A stretch of 64,000 nucleotides of DNA. Origin: Candidatus Helarchaeota archaeon. GTDB taxonomy: Archaea; Asgardarchaeota; Lokiarchaeia; Helarchaeales; RDOG01. Positions 28,937 to 37,158 of the stretch are shown in pieces. Every line of letters starts with the position of its first letter. Within the stretch, counting starts at the first letter, position 1. The translations under genes and the position numbers were made by a program. The notes beneath the pieces are model-generated. The model saw only the letters and a program-made list of their open reading frames with translations, did not search any database and had not been told where the DNA came from. The stretch covers positions 64,001 to 128,000 of the forward strand of contig JAHPZH010000005.1 in assembly GCA_019058315.1 (NCBI GenBank). The letters are read 5' to 3'.

Positions 28937-29965
28937 TCATATTAATTCTTTAAGGAGCTCCCTTTTACTTTCTGTGAGTTTTCCTTCAGATTCTATATCA
29001 ATAATAAAATCTTCTGCTAAATCAAATTGATGTAATGCTATTGCTACGATTAGATCTGGTAAATCAGCTGTGTCGGATAAAAGAAAAGATTTTGATTCTG
29101 TTATCCTAGCAATTTCTTTGAAACTTTCTATAGTTCTCACATCATTACCACAAATCACAGAATAAACTTTTATTTCATCATTTGCTAATTTTGCAGAAAT
29201 TTTTTTCCAGTCTAATTTATTAGGACATTTTTCAGGGGGGTGTGGGGGTTCATCAGCTATTAATATTGATATTTTTTTAACAGATTCCCATTCGTAACCT
29301 TTTTGAAGGTAGTCTAATGCGTCTGCAACTGCCTCACCACCATCTCCACCCCCACCATCAGGCACCCAGCTATCTACAAAAGAAACCAATTTGGCTATTT
29401 CAGAAGATACTTGTTCAATGAATGGTTGAGCTTTAATCAGATAAGAAGTATTTTCGTTACAGTGGTCTCGGTAAGTTAAAGCACCTATACGAATGCCTGG
29501 GATTTTATCTGACATCTTATATAGCATTTTCGCTATTTCTTTTCTAATAGAATCAAGACCACTTCCCATCGATCCTGTAGAGTCGATCACAATTACTAAA
29601 TCTAGCATTCCGAGAGATTCTATTTTCTGCTGAATATTTTTTACTTTACCAATTTGATCACATGATATCATAAGGTCTAGAGCTCTTTGATATGCCTTGA
29701 ATGCATAACCCATTTTTCTATGTTCTTCGAATTCATTAGCAGCACTTAACATAATATTTCCAGCTTTTTCGACCTGACCAATCGTTTCTAACAACGAAGC
29801 AATACTCACAAGCGTTAAAGTGGCTTGAGAGTTTAATTTAGCTTCAAGAAAATGCTCACGTATTCTCTCATAGTCTTTAATTGCAACGATCCAAGCTTTA
29901 TTGCACATATTAAAATGAATTTCTTCTGATAATGTATTCATTTCATATTCTATTTCTTTTAGCAT
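28937..29965 (-). CDS. TPR/SNAP-like + vWA domain protein (paralogue 1)
   Basis: DSTGSM, YRDH, GGGGDGGEAV, IADEPPH; collinear with 27895-28932. Confidence 0.85.
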   Translation of the reverse strand: MLKEIEYEMNTLSEEIHFNMCNKAWIVAIKDYERIREHFLEAKLNSQATLTLVSIASLLETIGQVEKAGNIMLSAANEFEEHRKMGYAFKAYQRALDLMISCDQIGKVKNIQQKIESLGMLDLVIVIDSTGSMGSGLDSIRKEIAKMLYKMSDKIPGIRIGALTYRDHCNENTSYLIKAQPFIEQVSSEIAKLVSFVDSWVPDGGGGDGGEAVADALDYLQKGYEWESVKKISILIADEPPHPPEKCPNKLDWKKISAKLANDEIKVYSVICGNDVRTIESFKEIARITESKSFLLSDTADLPDLIVAIALHQFDLAEDFIIDIESEGKLTESKRELLKELI

Positions 29966-29981
29966 TTTGAATTACAGACCT

Positions 29982-32900
29982 TTACTCTATTTGGAGTATA
30001 TTTACTGAAGAGTTTGCTCTTAAATCTACATTATACATTGGATAACCCACCGTCTCCTTTACAATTATTTCTCCCGGTTTTGTTGCAGTCATATTATAAG
30101 TTAAGGTTATTGATCCATCCAATTCATTTAGATAAAGATTCAATTTGTCACTAGTTAATTTATATGATGTGATTTGATATTCTTCCACCAGTTTCTTTAA
30201 TGATTGTTCCACAACTAAAAAACCAGCGGGGATAGGTTCCTCTATTGCAAACATTCCCTGTTTTTCGGTTGTTGTTATATTAAGTTTAACACTTATGGAA
30301 TCATTCTGTGCAACTTTATTTGAACTGAAATCTCTTGTTATTGTTAACATTTTGGGTTTTAGAAGATATTCTTTAGGATACCATGCTTCTATTGTTAAAT
30401 CGTACACTAATAAGCCCTCACCATTCTTTTCTAATATCAATTTATTTTCAGAATTTAGATTATCTAACGGAATATTTCTCATATCATAAACAATATGTTC
30501 TAAAGTGTCTTCATTTACTTCGAATTCTCCTATTACCTGTTTATTAAAAATTGCCTGTGTTAGAAAATTCGTTTTTTCGCTTCTTGCGCAATTAGAAAGA
30601 CAAAGAATAGCGGCTATAGTATCTGATGTTGTACTCCATCCACCACCTTTAGCGCGATTAGCCATAATATAATTTAAGACCCTTTGAACATTTACTGGAT
30701 CTCCTCCTGCAATATTTAAAGCTAGTGCAGCATAAGCTGTAGATTCAACTTTTCCAGCTAGTGATGAACCAACGTCCCAATAGACGAAATCGCCTTCATT
30801 ATGAGCTGATGTATTTAATTTTTCTATAAGGAGGTTCAATTCCTTATTGTATTTATTTGACCCTTCTTTAATGATGTCGATTATTAAATAGGCTAATAGG
30901 TTTGGGTCGTTCGTTCTCTTTGAGGAGAGGATAGCGTTTGATATAATATTTTCTAAAGCTTTGTCAATAATTTCTTGATTTACGTTATATCCAGCTTTTT
31001 TAGCCTCGAGTAATGCTTGTATAACATACGCTGTACAGAAGTCTTTCCCTCGTCTATTTGATTCCCAAGTCCCTTGAGAAGTTTGTATTTTCTTTAATTC
31101 TTCTATTGCAGCATTAATTAGTTTTTTTTCTATAAAAAATCCCGAGTTAATTGTATAAGCCAAACCAAACAATACATAGGCTGTAGTGAAAGGCTCTGAT
31201 TGCTCATTTCCCCAATATCCCCAACCACCACGGTCATTTCGAAGACTTATTAATTGTTGAATACCCTTAGTTGTCATTTCTTCAAATTGTTCTTGGAATT
31301 TGTTAGTAAGCATATTATTTTCTTTTAGCAGATTGTAAACTAGAACGTTAGGTAAAAATTTCGACATAGTTTGTTCTACACAACCATGAGGATATCCTAA
31401 TATCGATTCTAATCCATCCATGCAACCCATTTGATAACCAGGTATCAATGAAAGGCGTGCTTTATAAAAAATTGCGTCTCTTGGTATAGTTGGAGATATA
31501 TTAATAATTTCATCTTCCAAAATAAGTCCCGTATATCTGAAAATATGAGGTTCTCCTTTAGGATTTATTTTTATTTTTTTTCTTAAGACATCAATATGCT
31601 TCGGTGTTTTAGCTTCGATCCAAAATGTCGCCTCACCTGGATTAATTGCTTTCAATTTGAAATCGAGACGTTTCATCCCATTTGCAGGAACGAGAATATT
31701 CCCTTTCGGTATGTCAACTTTTAATTTATATTTATCAGCATTTAAATTAACGTTACATTCTAAGTTTTCTTTTGTTAGATTTGTCAAAATTATTCCAAGT
31801 TGAATATTATCTCCATGAGTTAAAACTGGTGGGATATCAAGTTTTGCAAAAAAATCTTGTTTAACTGTAATTCTATGAGTTCCCATACCTATCTCACAAT
31901 CTTTTGTACTTGCAAACACTGTCAACTCATGACTTGTTATCTGATCTGGTAGCTCTGTTTCTAGCATAGATTGACCATCTGATTCTAGGAATGGAATCCA
32001 AAGAGATGTTTCTGGGAAATTGAATCGAACACTGACCATAGATATTGGGTTTACTGAATCAGTTAAAATTAAACCTAATTTTGCACCCGGCGTACTAGAA
32101 CCCCCAAAGCATCTATGAACAACACTTGGACCGCTTGATTTGCCAGCGACTGAATAAAAACCATAACCTGAACCTGAACTTGTGGTAATACCAATTGTTC
32201 GTTTATAATCCTTAGTGAAAGATCCTCCCCTTAACATCAGCGCTTCTTCTCCAATATAATATTCACGTGAATAATGTTCGACATCGGTCATAATTGACAT
32301 ATATTTTGGATACCCTACTATAGTGGGAAGCACAGAACGAGGACCATCTTCTCCTGCAAAACCCGCATAACTAAAATTCGATCCTAATTCCAAACAGATG
32401 GGGTTTCCTTTTGGATCTTTGTATACTTTCGGTTTTACCTTTTTGAGAGATTTGAATTTTATATCAATTTTTTGAATAAATTTTTGTATTTGCCTTTTAG
32501 AATCACTCTTTATCAACATTTCATTAAGAACTGCTTTTATTTCGTTTGTAAGGGGAGAATCTTTTGTACAAATTGTATTAAAAATCCTTTCGCTAATATT
32601 AATTAAACATTCATCTTCTTGTTCCTTTGTAATATGACCCTCTTTTGATAACTGATGAATATCTGTAACTATTTCTTGATACAAATCAATATTATTATCA
32701 TCGATTTGGCTTATCTCATCTTCTGCAGCTATCATTAAGATGTTATTATCATTTACTAGAATCAAACTTTCAGAAATAATTTTTAAAATATTATAAATGA
32801 GAGTTTTACTGTTTTTTTCTTTATTTTTTTCTGCAATTTCTTGAATAAGTTCAATTATTTTCCTCTTTACAAGCCTATGATTAACATCTTGTATCATCCC

Positions 32901-34934
32901 AGCTTTCTTTGTAATTCTTAGAAATTCAAGCCCTGTACCAACTAACTTAGGATTGAGATAAATATAGTGAATTAGTGCATCTAATAGTGCATTAAAATAT
33001 GGTCCATATTCTTTTGTATCCCAACTCAATATTTCTGAATTATTTTTCTTGATAAATTCCTTTTTAAAAAATATTTCTAATGGAGTTTCAATTTTTCGTC
33101 CTAATTGGAGAACAGATGCATCAACTAACATAGCACCTAAGCAGCATGCTATAGCTTTATCATCTTGTAATATTTTAACTTGAAAATTAGCCTTATTACC
33201 GGGTTGATAAGTGCTTTTATCACTTTCAATATCAATTTTTAGCTCTTTTCTCTCAGGATTTACGTAAATCTTTCTTTCATTTTTTTCTAGGATACCATTT
33301 GATCTAAAAGCATATGTTATAACTTTTAAATTACCCCACATCTTTCTAGTGATTGGAATTTTAAAATCCGCCGTTCCCTCAGTTGCAAGCTTCACTGTTC
33401 TATAAATTATATTCTCCTTCTCGATATCGACATAGATAGGAATATTCTCCCTATCAACAACTGCATTTAAATGTAAAAAATCGTTAATATTTAAGCTAGG
33501 GGATTCTATGTTTGTATTAAGCCATATTTTTGGGTTTTCTTTTTCTCCTTCTTTCTGCTCTTTTTCTTCTTTTATTACTGCTTTTTCAACAGTCAGTCCT
33601 TTGCGGACTGTTTTGGATTCATCTAATAATTCCGATTCAATCATGATATTAATATCAAAATTCTTCTTTTTCTCTGTAGGATAATCAATTTCAAAAGTTA
33701 AGGGACATCTTCCTTCATTATCTGTTTTTGCTACTTTGAATTTTGCATGGTGTTTCAGCTCAGTATCATTTATCGAAGCTAAAACAAAACACTCGTTTAA
33801 TGGGACTTTTTTATTTTCTAGGGTTGGAACTTCTGTTTTAATTATTACTTCTGCTTGTTGACCTGGTTCAATACTTCTCGCCATATCTGTTGTTACGATC
33901 AAAGCTTGCTTTACTGTGCTAATTTTTATTTCCTTATTAGCTTTGCGTTTTAAACTGTCAGTAAGTTCAAATATAATTTTAGATTCTCCCTCTTTCATTT
34001 CAGGAACTTGGAACCTATAAATATATTCTCCTTTTTCATCTGTTTCCCCATAAGTTTGGAGAATTTGTTTATTTTCTGGTGATATAATTTCAATTTTAGC
34101 ATTGGCTTTTTTCACGGGTGCTCCGTAAAAATATTCGGACTTTAATTCGAGTCTAAATTCGTCCCCTATTTTTAGATATTCTGGTTCACATTTTACTTTC
34201 AATTCTATGTCTGGTGGTTGATAATTCTCGATTTTAATTGATTTTTCAGATTTAAAACCTTTAACCGAAACTTTAACTTTATAAACTCCTTCTATTGCCT
34301 CTTCAGCTATTGGAATTTGAAGTTCTCCTATCCCAAATTTAGAATCACATGAAATTTTTCTAATAAGTATCCTATTATTTTGTGGATCAGTTAATGTTAC
34401 TTTAATAGGCTCTTGACTTGGTTGATAAGTACTTCCTAACAGTTTCCAAAGGATAAAACGAATAAGTATCCTCTGTCCTGGCATGTAATAATCACGATCT
34501 GTAATCATATAGCATATATATTCTTCCTCTTTTCTGGTAAGATCCAACCTCAAAGTTTTTTCTTTTCCATCAATTTTAACCTTAATTTCATAAAATTTAT
34601 ATTCAGCATCAAATTCAAATTCCAATGAACCTAAATTATCTGTTAATCCCTTAAAAACAGTTTTATTGCCGTTGATCAACTTTACTTTACAATTAATGGG
34701 AAAAAAGTTCTGATCCATACAAATAATACGGCCAGAAATTTTCTCACCTTCTTCGAACTCCGAATTCATTTTAACAAAAATAAGTGGGGGTTCCCTTAAA
34801 TTCGAAATTTGACTGATCAGACTTTGAACTTTCTCAACATCTATTGAAGTTATTTGATTAAGAATATCCACATCAAGTTTATCTTTTTCTTTAATATTGA
34901 GGAGCCTTTTTAGTTTTTTACATGTTGTATCCAA
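29982..34934 (-). CDS. Alpha-2-macroglobulin/thioester-containing protein without signal peptide; expanded bait region contains actin and GTPase fragments
   Basis: 'TDRDYYMPGQ', 'YFYGAPV', 'SDKSTYQPG', 'LVDASVL', 'RFNFPETSLW', thioester GYPHGCVEQT (CVEQ 31371-31382), 'VESTAYAALA', 'GGWSTTSDT', 'EEPIPAGF'. Confidence 0.92.
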   Translation of the reverse strand: MDTTCKKLKRLLNIKEKDKLDVDILNQITSIDVEKVQSLISQISNLREPPLIFVKMNSEFEEGEKISGRIICMDQNFFPINCKVKLINGNKTVFKGLTDNLGSLEFEFDAEYKFYEIKVKIDGKEKTLRLDLTRKEEEYICYMITDRDYYMPGQRILIRFILWKLLGSTYQPSQEPIKVTLTDPQNNRILIRKISCDSKFGIGELQIPIAEEAIEGVYKVKVSVKGFKSEKSIKIENYQPPDIELKVKCEPEYLKIGDEFRLELKSEYFYGAPVKKANAKIEIISPENKQILQTYGETDEKGEYIYRFQVPEMKEGESKIIFELTDSLKRKANKEIKISTVKQALIVTTDMARSIEPGQQAEVIIKTEVPTLENKKVPLNECFVLASINDTELKHHAKFKVAKTDNEGRCPLTFEIDYPTEKKKNFDINIMIESELLDESKTVRKGLTVEKAVIKEEKEQKEGEKENPKIWLNTNIESPSLNINDFLHLNAVVDRENIPIYVDIEKENIIYRTVKLATEGTADFKIPITRKMWGNLKVITYAFRSNGILEKNERKIYVNPERKELKIDIESDKSTYQPGNKANFQVKILQDDKAIACCLGAMLVDASVLQLGRKIETPLEIFFKKEFIKKNNSEILSWDTKEYGPYFNALLDALIHYIYLNPKLVGTGLEFLRITKKAGMIQDVNHRLVKRKIIELIQEIAEKNKEKNSKTLIYNILKIISESLILVNDNNILMIAAEDEISQIDDNNIDLYQEIVTDIHQLSKEGHITKEQEDECLINISERIFNTICTKDSPLTNEIKAVLNEMLIKSDSKRQIQKFIQKIDIKFKSLKKVKPKVYKDPKGNPICLELGSNFSYAGFAGEDGPRSVLPTIVGYPKYMSIMTDVEHYSREYYIGEEALMLRGGSFTKDYKRTIGITTSSGSGYGFYSVAGKSSGPSVVHRCFGGSSTPGAKLGLILTDSVNPISMVSVRFNFPETSLWIPFLESDGQSMLETELPDQITSHELTVFASTKDCEIGMGTHRITVKQDFFAKLDIPPVLTHGDNIQLGIILTNLTKENLECNVNLNADKYKLKVDIPKGNILVPANGMKRLDFKLKAINPGEATFWIEAKTPKHIDVLRKKIKINPKGEPHIFRYTGLILEDEIINISPTIPRDAIFYKARLSLIPGYQMGCMDGLESILGYPHGCVEQTMSKFLPNVLVYNLLKENNMLTNKFQEQFEEMTTKGIQQLISLRNDRGGWGYWGNEQSEPFTTAYVLFGLAYTINSGFFIEKKLINAAIEELKKIQTSQGTWESNRRGKDFCTAYVIQALLEAKKAGYNVNQEIIDKALENIISNAILSSKRTNDPNLLAYLIIDIIKEGSNKYNKELNLLIEKLNTSAHNEGDFVYWDVGSSLAGKVESTAYAALALNIAGGDPVNVQRVLNYIMANRAKGGGWSTTSDTIAAILCLSNCARSEKTNFLTQAIFNKQVIGEFEVNEDTLEHIVYDMRNIPLDNLNSENKLILEKNGEGLLVYDLTIEAWYPKEYLLKPKMLTITRDFSSNKVAQNDSISVKLNITTTEKQGMFAIEEPIPAGFLVVEQSLKKLVEEYQITSYKLTSDKLNLYLNELDGSITLTYNMTATKPGEIIVKETVGYPMYNVDLRANSSVNILQIE

Positions 34935-35166
34935 AAATAGACCACCTAAAATTATAATTCGATGTCTATAACGTAAAATATATTTTTAATTTTTCTAGCT
35001 AAAGCCCTTCTTTTATAGTTTTATTTGTAAGACCTTTATCATCGACAAAGTTCATAGTGTTGAAAAAAATTCATTCAGTTGATAATTTCCTAATTTGATT
35101 CAAATTAGAAAAAAAGAGCAAAAATATTTCAAATGAAATAAAAAATTAGAATACTAGAAGAAATAT

Positions 35167-36333
35167 TTAGATTACACCATCTTTTTGTAGCTTAGAAATT
35201 TTTTCTGATGTATATCCCAATAATTCCGATAAAACTTCTATGTTATGCTGTCCTAATTCTGGTGCTTTAGTTTTAAAAGACCCAGGACTTTCGGATAATC
35301 TTATAAAAATATTTGGAAACCATGGTTTTTTTTCTGCTTTTGGAAAATCGAATTTATCAACTACCATTTGCCTTGCTATAATCTGAGGGTGTTTGTGTGC
35401 TTCCTCATATGGAACAATTCTTCCCGCCGGAATATGAGCTTTTTCAAGAATTTCCAATAGTTCTTTGACGTTTTTTGATTTAATCCATTCACGAAATATT
35501 GGAAATAATAAATCAGAATTTTCTCTTCGTAGTTTTGTATTTTTGAAGCGTCTATCTTTGAGCAAATCTGGTCTTTCTATTGCTTTACAAAAATTTCTAA
35601 ATTGTCGTTCTGTTGCAACCACAAGAGCAATTGATCCATCTTTTGCCTGATAACAATTATAAGTTGGACGGTCTTTTTCAAGTGTTTCTTTATCAATATA
35701 ACTTAGAATATGTGCCCGAAGATTGTAAGCAAACATCATATCTTGCATTGAAATATCAACGAATTGACCTTTTCCAGTTTTATCTCTAAAGCGTAGTGCC
35801 TCTAAAATCCCTAATGCAACATATGCACCTGCATTTAAATCAGAAAAAGGTATTCTTGGGGGATATGTATAAATTTCATATACATCTAAAATACCGCTTG
35901 TCGCTTGTGCTATTATATCAAATGCTGGTTTTCCCTTGTAAGGACCCGTTTGCCCAAATCCCGTAATTGCTGCATATATTAATTTAGGATTAATTTTTTT
36001 TAATTCTTCATAACCAAGACCTAATCGTGGCATAACATCAGGAGTAAAATTCTCTAATACCACATCAGTTTTTTTTACTAATTCTTTAAAAATTTCACGG
36101 GCTCTAGGTTTTTTAAAATCTAGAGTTATGGATTTTTTATTCCTATTTAAATATGTCAAAAGCGGGTCTATTTCTGGTCGGATCAAACAAGCTAACCTGA
36201 GTGTTTCGCCAAATCCTGGCATTTCAACCTTGATTACCTCCGCTCCCATATCTGCGAGAAGCTGAGATCCCCAAGGACCTGAAAAATATTGAGATAGATC
36301 CAGTACACGAATTCCCTCTAAAGCATCTTTCAT
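35167..36333 (-). CDS. CoA-transferase family III (CaiB/BaiF)
   Basis: 'LEGIRVLDLS...GP...LADMGAEVIKVE', 'NRNKKSITLD', 'ENFTP', 'APELGQHN'. Confidence 0.95.
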   Translation of the reverse strand: MKDALEGIRVLDLSQYFSGPWGSQLLADMGAEVIKVEMPGFGETLRLACLIRPEIDPLLTYLNRNKKSITLDFKKPRAREIFKELVKKTDVVLENFTPDVMPRLGLGYEELKKINPKLIYAAITGFGQTGPYKGKPAFDIIAQATSGILDVYEIYTYPPRIPFSDLNAGAYVALGILEALRFRDKTGKGQFVDISMQDMMFAYNLRAHILSYIDKETLEKDRPTYNCYQAKDGSIALVVATERQFRNFCKAIERPDLLKDRRFKNTKLRRENSDLLFPIFREWIKSKNVKELLEILEKAHIPAGRIVPYEEAHKHPQIIARQMVVDKFDFPKAEKKPWFPNIFIRLSESPGSFKTKAPELGQHNIEVLSELLGYTSEKISKLQKDGVI

Positions 36334-36446
36334 CTAATACCCTCTTTTCTAAAAAATTTATAAAATTTCGGTTGTAATAAAATATGATTTAATTAAAATG
36401 TAAATACTAAATTTAAAAAAATAAAAAAATTTGGGAAAGAAAAAAT

Positions 36447-36551
36447 CTAACGATCAATTTCTGATAAATCAAACCATTTTTCTAATTCTTCGATGTCTTC
36501 TGGGTCTAATTCTCCCCAATCGGGCCATTTTTCTTCTTTTTCTTCTTCCAT
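36447..36551 (-). CDS. Unannotated 34-aa acidic, Trp-rich micro-protein (MEEEKEEKWPDWGELDPEDIEELEKWFDLSEIDR)
   Basis: Read by hand: ATG at 36551 with upstream AAGGTG, TAG at 36447; immediately follows 36563-36808. Confidence 0.55.
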   Translation of the reverse strand: MEEEKEEKWPDWGELDPEDIEELEKWFDLSEIDR

Positions 36552-36562
36552 CGGAACACCTT

Positions 36563-36808
36563 TTATAGATTTTTTTCAATCCATTCCTTTAAAGCTTCTT
36601 TTCCGGCTTTTTTTACGTTTTCCGCACTAAAGGAGCCATATTTTTTTACAATTGCTTTTTCTAATTTTGCAAAAGTATCATGTTCCATTACAAAATGCAT
36701 TCTAGGTTTCATTTCATTAAGAAAATATTCAACTATAGTGTCTTGCTCGCGCATATATTCAGAAATATCCTCTTTTTTTATTCCAGGCTTACCTAAAAAT
36801 TCTGCCAT
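36563..36808 (-). CDS. Small hypothetical protein (possible ribbon-helix-helix-like)
   Basis: SD GGTGA upstream; 'KKYG......KKAGKEALKEWIEK'. Confidence 0.55.
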   Translation of the reverse strand: MAEFLGKPGIKKEDISEYMREQDTIVEYFLNEMKPRMHFVMEHDTFAKLEKAIVKKYGSFSAENVKKAGKEALKEWIEKNL

Positions 36809-36829
36809 AATTAATCACCACTTTTTTGC

Positions 36830-37099
36830 TTATTTTACTCCCTTAGGTACTTTTAAAATCAAAAAATGGCCATCTAAAGGCCAATCGAGAACAACCCTCT
36901 TTCCTTGACTCCATGTACCCTGATAAACACCACCAGTACCGTCTGCCCAATTCGAAATTAGAGCACTGCAAAGTGTTTCAATTTTTAATCCAGCCTTTCT
37001 AGACCATTTTTTTAGTTTTTTCATGGTTTCCTCAGAAATTGAAACTTCTATCTTTTCATTTCTTTCTTCAGTAAAAAATTTTGATGGTTCTTTTGACAT
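36830..37099 (-). CDS. Small CopG/ribbon-helix-helix-like protein
   Basis: 'KIEVSISEETMKKLKKWSRKAGLKIETLCSALISNW'. Confidence 0.55.
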   Translation of the reverse strand: MSKEPSKFFTEERNEKIEVSISEETMKKLKKWSRKAGLKIETLCSALISNWADGTGGVYQGTWSQGKRVVLDWPLDGHFLILKVPKGVK

Positions 37100-37158
37100 T
37101 TTTTACCACTTCTTTTTAAAATTAATTTAATTTAAATATTTTACAAATCACCTTAAAC

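Noticed and set aside
26962-32402. Actin halves joined by frameshift, intron or intein
   Set aside because: They are 4.3 kb apart, separated by the rest of the in-frame A2M and two intact genes. I see no intein or splice motifs, and the downstream part has its own SD and ATG
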